From Desulfotalea psychrophila LSv54 (GTDB lineage: Bacteria; Desulfobacterota; Desulfobulbia; Desulfobulbales; Desulfocapsaceae): a stretch of 32,000 nt of DNA. This document shows positions 27,549 to 32,000 of the stretch, in pieces. The stretch covers positions 1,020,001 through 1,052,000 of the forward strand of contig NC_006138.1 in assembly GCF_000025945.1 (NCBI RefSeq), in the 5' to 3' direction. The translations under genes were made by a program, and so were the position numbers. How positions within the stretch are numbered: position 1 is the first letter of the stretch; every line of letters begins with the position of its first letter. Under the pieces are notes generated by a model. The model was not told the origin of the DNA and searched no databases. It saw only the letters and a list, made by a program, of their open reading frames with translations.

Positions 27549-27550
27549 TT
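27509..27550. terminator. Bidirectional terminator between csp copy 1 (+) and ywbE (-)
   Basis: aaaagccccttagga (27509-27523) pairs with tcctaaggggctttt (27528-27542), followed by a T-run. Confidence 0.85.
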
Positions 27551-27584
27551 AGCGACCATGAAGCGGTTGTGGTTATATAGACGC

Positions 27585-27785
27585 CTACTGCCTTGTTCCA
27601 GCCTTCACTCTGCCCACCAGACCGCTTTCTAGACGTACCTTGATTCCATGGGGATGGGTGGCAGACTTTGTTAAAATATCTTTCACCGTACCCTCGGTGA
27701 GTTTTCCGGATCGTTGATCTTCTTTGAGTACGATGGATACCTTGAGGCCCATTTGGATATCGGCTCTTTTTGTTCCATTAATCAT
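27585..27785 (-). CDS. ywbE: YwbE-family small protein (DUF2196)
   Basis: GLKVSIVLKEDQRSGKLTEGTVKDILTKSATHPHGIKVRLESGLVGRV matches the conserved YwbE core. Confidence 0.85.
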   Translation of the reverse strand: MINGTKRADIQMGLKVSIVLKEDQRSGKLTEGTVKDILTKSATHPHGIKVRLESGLVGRVKAGTRQ

Positions 27786-28471
27786 TTTGAAATACCTTTT
27801 TTAAGATTTGTTGAAATTCTTCGTAATGGGGTAGCATTTTTACCAGCCATTGTAATTGGTTTTGCTTGAGGCTGCCGGTTCATGCTAAAGATAGTAAGTG
27901 ATAATATCTAAAGCAAGCTTTGACCGCTAACCTCTTTTTGCAGATCCGCAGGTTTTAATGTGAGAGGTTTTGTGCGTCTTTTTTTTAGATAACATATCCA
28001 TAGACTTATTCTTTCTGGTGATTATTTGGTAAACTACGGGATATCGGACCTATAATTCTGTTACTGTTTTTAGCCTTGGGCGGAGGTGGCGAGTCTTGGA
28101 AATGATCAAAGTGAGAGGTAGGCAAAAATTCTCTTTACATTTTAAAAATTAGACAGTACCTTTGTTCTTAATGGCTGGTGAGCAGGATAAACATTGAGCA
28201 ATTTGCCGTTCATTAACAACACAAAAGGTAATGCTGTTGCCTGGTGGGATGTTGTTTAGAAGGCCCCTTATGGGGAATAATTGAGATATAGGTTGGGGAA
28301 AAGTGTTTTCCTCTGCTGCTTTTTATAAAATAGTGGTAAGCACTAACTGCTTGCCCAGTTTCACCACTTTAGGTAAAGAAAAAATTGTCAAATGCTATAT
28401 TTGTTGAATGTATTCAGCGTGACAACTACTACCTTGGTTTGGAACATTAAACTTCATTTAGGAGATCTGTC

Positions 28472-28672
28472 ATGGCTGAAGGAATTGTAAAATGGTTTAA
28501 CGATGCGAAAGGTTTTGGTTTTATCGACCAAGAAGGTGGAGATGACCTTTTCGTACACCACACCAGCATCAACGCTTCTGGTTTCAAAACTCTCGAAGAA
28601 GGTGCTCGCGTATCTTTTGATATCGAGGAAGGTCAAAAAGGACCTGCAGCTGCGAACGTTACCGCACTGTAA
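28472..28672 (+). CDS. CspA-family cold-shock protein, copy 2
   Basis: Identical to copy 1 except E19D (GAG to GAC) and two synonymous changes (TCC/TCT, ACC/ACT). Confidence 0.97.
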   Translation: MAEGIVKWFNDAKGFGFIDQEGGDDLFVHHTSINASGFKTLEEGARVSFDIEEGQKGPAAANVTAL

Positions 28673-28730
28673 TTCTTTTCGATTGAGTTAGAGTCAGGTC
28701 TCTCTGAGACTCATTCAGCTTCTGCATTGT

Positions 28731-28770
28731 AAAAGCCCCTTGAAATTAATTTTTCAAGGGGCTTTTTTTA
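28731..28770. terminator. Bidirectional terminator between csp copy 2 (+) and rhlE (-)
   Basis: aaaagccccttgaaa (28731-28745) pairs with tttcaaggggctttt (28752-28766), followed by a T-run. Confidence 0.85.
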
Positions 28771-28795
28771 TGTTCTTGCTACTGTGTCGCACATT

Positions 28796-30067
28796 CTATT
28801 TGTCGCCACTTGGCTTCTTGGGTCCACGTGAATTAGGTCTGGAACCTTGTCGGCGCGTCCGTCCCTCGGTGTTCTTTTTGGGACTTTTAGCCCGAAATGG
28901 ACGTGTATTCAGACAAGATTCAGGCAGGGGATGAACCGGCTCAAAACCCTCCACGGACTTGCGTGGAAGTATTTTTTTGATCAGTCTTTCAATATCGGCA
29001 AGTAGTGCAAACTCATCGGCGCAGACCAAAGAGATTGCCTCCCCTGAGGCACCTGCTCGGCCTGTACGTCCAATTCGGTGTATATAATCTTCCTGTACAT
29101 GGGGAAGGTCAAAATTGACCACATGGGGGAGCAGGTCAATGTCCAGACCCCTGGCCGCAATATCCGTCGCCACTAAAATTTGCACAGTACCGTTTTTAAA
29201 TTCGGCCAGGGCCTTGGTGCGTGCGCTTTGGCTTTTGTTGCCATGAATTGCCGCCGCATTGATGCCCTTTTTCTGTAACTGACCTACCAGGCGGTTTGCT
29301 CCATGTTTTGTCTTGCTGAAGACCAGAGTCTGGCCCCATTTATTGTCGCGGATGAGTTGGATGAGCAGGGCTGGTTTCTGTTTCTTGTCCACCGGGTAGA
29401 TGCACTGATCAATTATTTCTACGGTGCTATTGGGTGGCGTTACTGAAATCTCGACGGGATTGTTAAACATTCCCCGAGCGAGGTTATTGATGCTAGAGGA
29501 AAAGGTCGCAGAAAACATCAGGTTCTGACGTTCCTTGGGTAAGAAGGCTAAAACTTTTCTAATATCGTTGATAAAGCCCATATCTAACATTCGATCGGCC
29601 TCATCTAAGACTAATATTTCCAACCTGTTAAACTTTATCGCATTTTGGCGATGGAGATCGAGTAGACGACCGGGTGTTGCCACCAGAATATCAACTCCCC
29701 CGCGCAACCTCTTCATCTGGGGATTTATATTCACCCCACCAAAGATTACGGCGGAGGTCAGGGATAGACCCTTGCCGTAGGTGGTGACGCTCTCACCAAT
29801 CTGGGCTGCCAGTTCACGGGTGGGCGTTAAGATGAGTACTCTTGCCTGATTTGCCTGGACTCGGCGCTTACTTTGGGAGAGTAGTTCCAGGATGGGCAGG
29901 GTGAATGCAGCCGTCTTGCCGGTACCAGTTTGGGCCGCAGCCATGACGTCTTTGCCTTCCATTATCACGGGGATCGCCTTGGCTTGAATGGGCGATGGTG
30001 TGTCGTAGCCCTTTTCGGCTACGGCCTTAAGAAGCGGGGCGGAGAGGCCCAGGGTGTTAAAACTCAT
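28796..30067 (-). CDS. rhlE: DEAD-box ATP-dependent RNA helicase (RhlE-like) with a basic C-terminal tail
   Basis: Q motif GYDTPSPIQ, motif [22 protein letters not shown] and [10 protein letters not shown], plus an Arg/Lys-rich C-terminus. Confidence 0.93.
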   Translation of the reverse strand: MSFNTLGLSAPLLKAVAEKGYDTPSPIQAKAIPVIMEGKDVMAAAQTGTGKTAAFTLPILELLSQSKRRVQANQARVLILTPTRELAAQIGESVTTYGKGLSLTSAVIFGGVNINPQMKRLRGGVDILVATPGRLLDLHRQNAIKFNRLEILVLDEADRMLDMGFINDIRKVLAFLPKERQNLMFSATFSSSINNLARGMFNNPVEISVTPPNSTVEIIDQCIYPVDKKQKPALLIQLIRDNKWGQTLVFSKTKHGANRLVGQLQKKGINAAAIHGNKSQSARTKALAEFKNGTVQILVATDIAARGLDIDLLPHVVNFDLPHVQEDYIHRIGRTGRAGASGEAISLVCADEFALLADIERLIKKILPRKSVEGFEPVHPLPESCLNTRPFRAKSPKKNTEGRTRRQGSRPNSRGPKKPSGDK

Positions 30068-30313
30068 AGTATTTTCTCTTGTTAATACGTAATATTTTAT
30101 AAACCATCCACCAGTTCTTATTTGCTCGTGGACGGGTATATGACCATTCTTCTAATCAAACTGGATCAAGGGTCAATGTGGATGCCAGGTAAGAGTTGCT
30201 TCATGTTTTGCGCCTGCCAGTATACACTATGCCTCTTCCATTTTAGCTATATTAATTTAAAGCAAAGATGGGGGAGCTTGAACGGCTAATGAACCTGTGC
30301 TCTCTAGCATTTG

Positions 30314-30940
30314 TTACATTTTTTTCTTTCTGCGATCAAACTCCTCTCTTGAGTCAATGCAGGTAGTTAAATCTTTTAAAATGCCATTTCTCAGGCTGTA
30401 AATCCAACCGTGAATGGAAAGTTCAGCACCTTTTTTCCAGGCATTTTGAACGATGGTGGTATTGCAGACATTGGTTACCTGTTCAATGACATTGAGCTCA
30501 CAGAGCAGGTTGAATTTTTTGTCGGGTTCAAGATCCTTAAGCTTGTCGGCATTGAGACGAATAACATCTTTAACATGACGAAGCCAGTTATCGATTAAGC
30601 CATGCTCAGCATCTTCCATGGAGGCCTTGATACCACCGCAACCATAATGGCCACAGACAATAATGTGTTTCACCTTTAAAACGTCAACTGCATACTGTAG
30701 TACCGAAAGGCAGTTGAGATCTGTATGGACGACAACGTTTGCAATATTGCGATGAACAAAGACATCGCCTGGTGGTAAATTTGTTATCTGGTTTGCAGGT
30801 ACTCTGCTATCTGAGCAACCAATCCACAGGTAGTCAGGAGAGTGCTCTTTTGACAGCTGGGGGAAAAAATCAGGATCCCTCTCTTTGATCTTGTTGGCCC
30901 ATTCCAGATTTCTCTCAAAGAGATGCTTTAATGTCTTCAA
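30314..30940 (-). CDS. can: Beta-class carbonic anhydrase (Can type)
   Basis: CSDSRVPAN, FVHRNIAN, CGHYGCGG and HGW motifs. Starting at TTG 30940 (MKTLKHLFERN...) puts 41 residues before CSDSRV, the same as in E. coli Can. The track start at 30979 has no RBS. Confidence 0.9.
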   Translation of the reverse strand: MKTLKHLFERNLEWANKIKERDPDFFPQLSKEHSPDYLWIGCSDSRVPANQITNLPPGDVFVHRNIANVVVHTDLNCLSVLQYAVDVLKVKHIIVCGHYGCGGIKASMEDAEHGLIDNWLRHVKDVIRLNADKLKDLEPDKKFNLLCELNVIEQVTNVCNTTIVQNAWKKGAELSIHGWIYSLRNGILKDLTTCIDSREEFDRRKKKM

Positions 30941-31829
30941 AACTTTATATTCTCCTCTCTCAATGCCAGTAAGGTTCAATTCATCGTTGAGAATTATCCG
31001 TTGTTGGTATTCGCGACTCTATATACTCAGTTAGGCTTGATTCTGCTTGATATTTTAATGAGGTAACAGCTTATATCTCTTCTCTAACGAATCAAAATAT
31101 TACCGCATTTTTTGGCAATATTTGTAATGTGGTGGAATACGATCAGGTAGGTCTTCTTGTTTTTTCACCACTCTTTTTGTTAAATAAGGTATTTCTGATA
31201 TAGGATAGTGCAAGGGGAGGTCTTTTTTTAGCTGTGCTCTTCTCTTTTCGGGGCTAACCAGTATTGCTCATGTTCTGATAATTCCCAGGCAAAGTAGGTA
31301 AAATCTATATGGGTGCTGTTGGCGAGCTGGTCATGATTATAGAGTTTGATGATGAGTTCTCGAATAATGAAGATTATTGCTGGGGCAGTCATATTGTGCA
31401 GTCGGATGCGCTCTGCCTTGAACTAGTCGATAAAACTACGGAAGAGTTCGAGTATAAGCCAAAAAACTCGGATCCGTCACTGGATGGGAGAGAATCAGAT
31501 CAATTTGATCCCGACTGAGGAGCATCTTTGTGCTGACTGAGTCATATGTGGGGGTAGTATTTAATTTGTATTAAGGTTGGATTGGTTTTTGCTATAGGTG
31601 CTGATTGCCAATTATCGAGGGGCGCGGAGATACATGAGACGGATGTTTCTCAGTTGATATGTATCTACTGGTATGCAGGAGATCGTAGAAGAAATTGGCC
31701 TGAGGAGTACCTTGCCAAATAGTTTGTTGGCTTCTTGAGGAGTTTTCTTTTTTAAAGAGGCTGTTGTTGTATGTGCTTGTAAATCTTGTCTCCACCCGGA
31801 CACAAGGCCTTACAGTTAGAACATCGTAA

Positions 31830-31866
31830 AAGGAGAGGAGTTATAACTTATCCCCTCCTTTTTTAA
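31830..31866 (-). terminator. Terminator for the minus-strand gene entering from the right edge
   Basis: On the minus transcript, AGGAGGGG pairs with CCTCTCCT (one G-U pair), with loop ataagttataa, followed by UUUU. Confidence 0.5.
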
Positions 31867-31906
31867 TTACCTATTGGCTTGAAATTATGAGAAGGCAGTT
31901 TCGCCC

Positions 31907-32000
31907 TTAGAAGTTAATAGCTGTTCCGTCGTGACAGGCCTGGAAGTTGGCCTTGATCTCTGCAAATTCCGGTTTTCTTGGGTTGAAAAGGGTACAGGGA
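31907..32000 (-). CDS. 3' end of an unidentified CDS (5' part outside the window)
   Basis: The minus frame is open from the window edge to TAA (complement of 31907-31909). Translation is ...PCTLFNPRKPEFAEIKANFQACHDGTAINF. A terminator hairpin lies 40 nt downstream. No family recognised. Confidence 0.4.
   Translation of the reverse strand, partial: PCTLFNPRKPEFAEIKANFQACHDGTAINF

Larger units (their letters stand above)
28281..28770 (+). repeat. csp duplication unit, copy B
   Basis: See copy A. The CDS differs at only 3 of 201 nt, whereas the central 5' UTR differs at many positions and has indels. Confidence 0.85.

Noticed and set aside
31309-31518. 69-aa acidic + strand ORF in the gene-poor region
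   Set aside because: It has no Shine-Dalgarno sequence, no recognisable family and no terminator. I did not call it as a feature but flagged the whole region as a finding.

Overview
This is a mostly housekeeping chromosomal segment with about 30 protein genes and one tRNA. Gene content suggests an anaerobic Desulfobacterota-type bacterium: cytochrome bd with DUF4492, an Isf-like flavoprotein, a ferredoxin-nitroreductase fusion, DciA and a sigma54-type promoter. Duplicated csp genes next to a DEAD-box helicase hint at a cold-adapted host, possibly Desulfotalea-like. Both host inferences are unverified. Gene order: mscS (3' part), APH-like kinase, tgt (frameshifted), yajC, rnhA with an N-terminal hybrid-binding domain; then on the minus strand a small AT-rich two-gene cassette, mutM and an Sfp-type PPTase; then cvpA-thiD-flavoprotein-PRTase; APC permease; ogt and a hydantoinase-like gene (minus); menA-fabI-like-ferredoxin/nitroreductase; DUF4492-cydA-cydB plus an untracked 30-aa cydX-like ORF (minus); glnB-glnD and glnA; sulP (minus); a dciA-like gene; tRNA-Arg(UCU); csp copy 1; ywbE (minus); csp copy 2; rhlE (minus); beta-carbonic anhydrase (minus); about 0.9 kb of gene-poor DNA; and a 3' gene fragment. 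I saw no CRISPR array, transposase, integrase or recognisable defence gene. The points most worth a second look are: (1) a tandem csp duplication whose CDS is far better conserved than its UTRs, within a cold-shock cluster beside the tRNA; (2) the uncharacterised AT-rich two-gene cassette between rnhA and mutM, the best candidate here for an undescribed module; (3) clustered single-base indels that destroy the catalytic motif of tgt; (4) the menA-fabI-like-nitroreductase operon preceded by an orphan terminator or leader; (5) glnB-glnD coupling next to a GSI-alpha glnA; (6) the four-gene cyd operon. All functional calls rest on motif recognition by eye, and no database search was possible.
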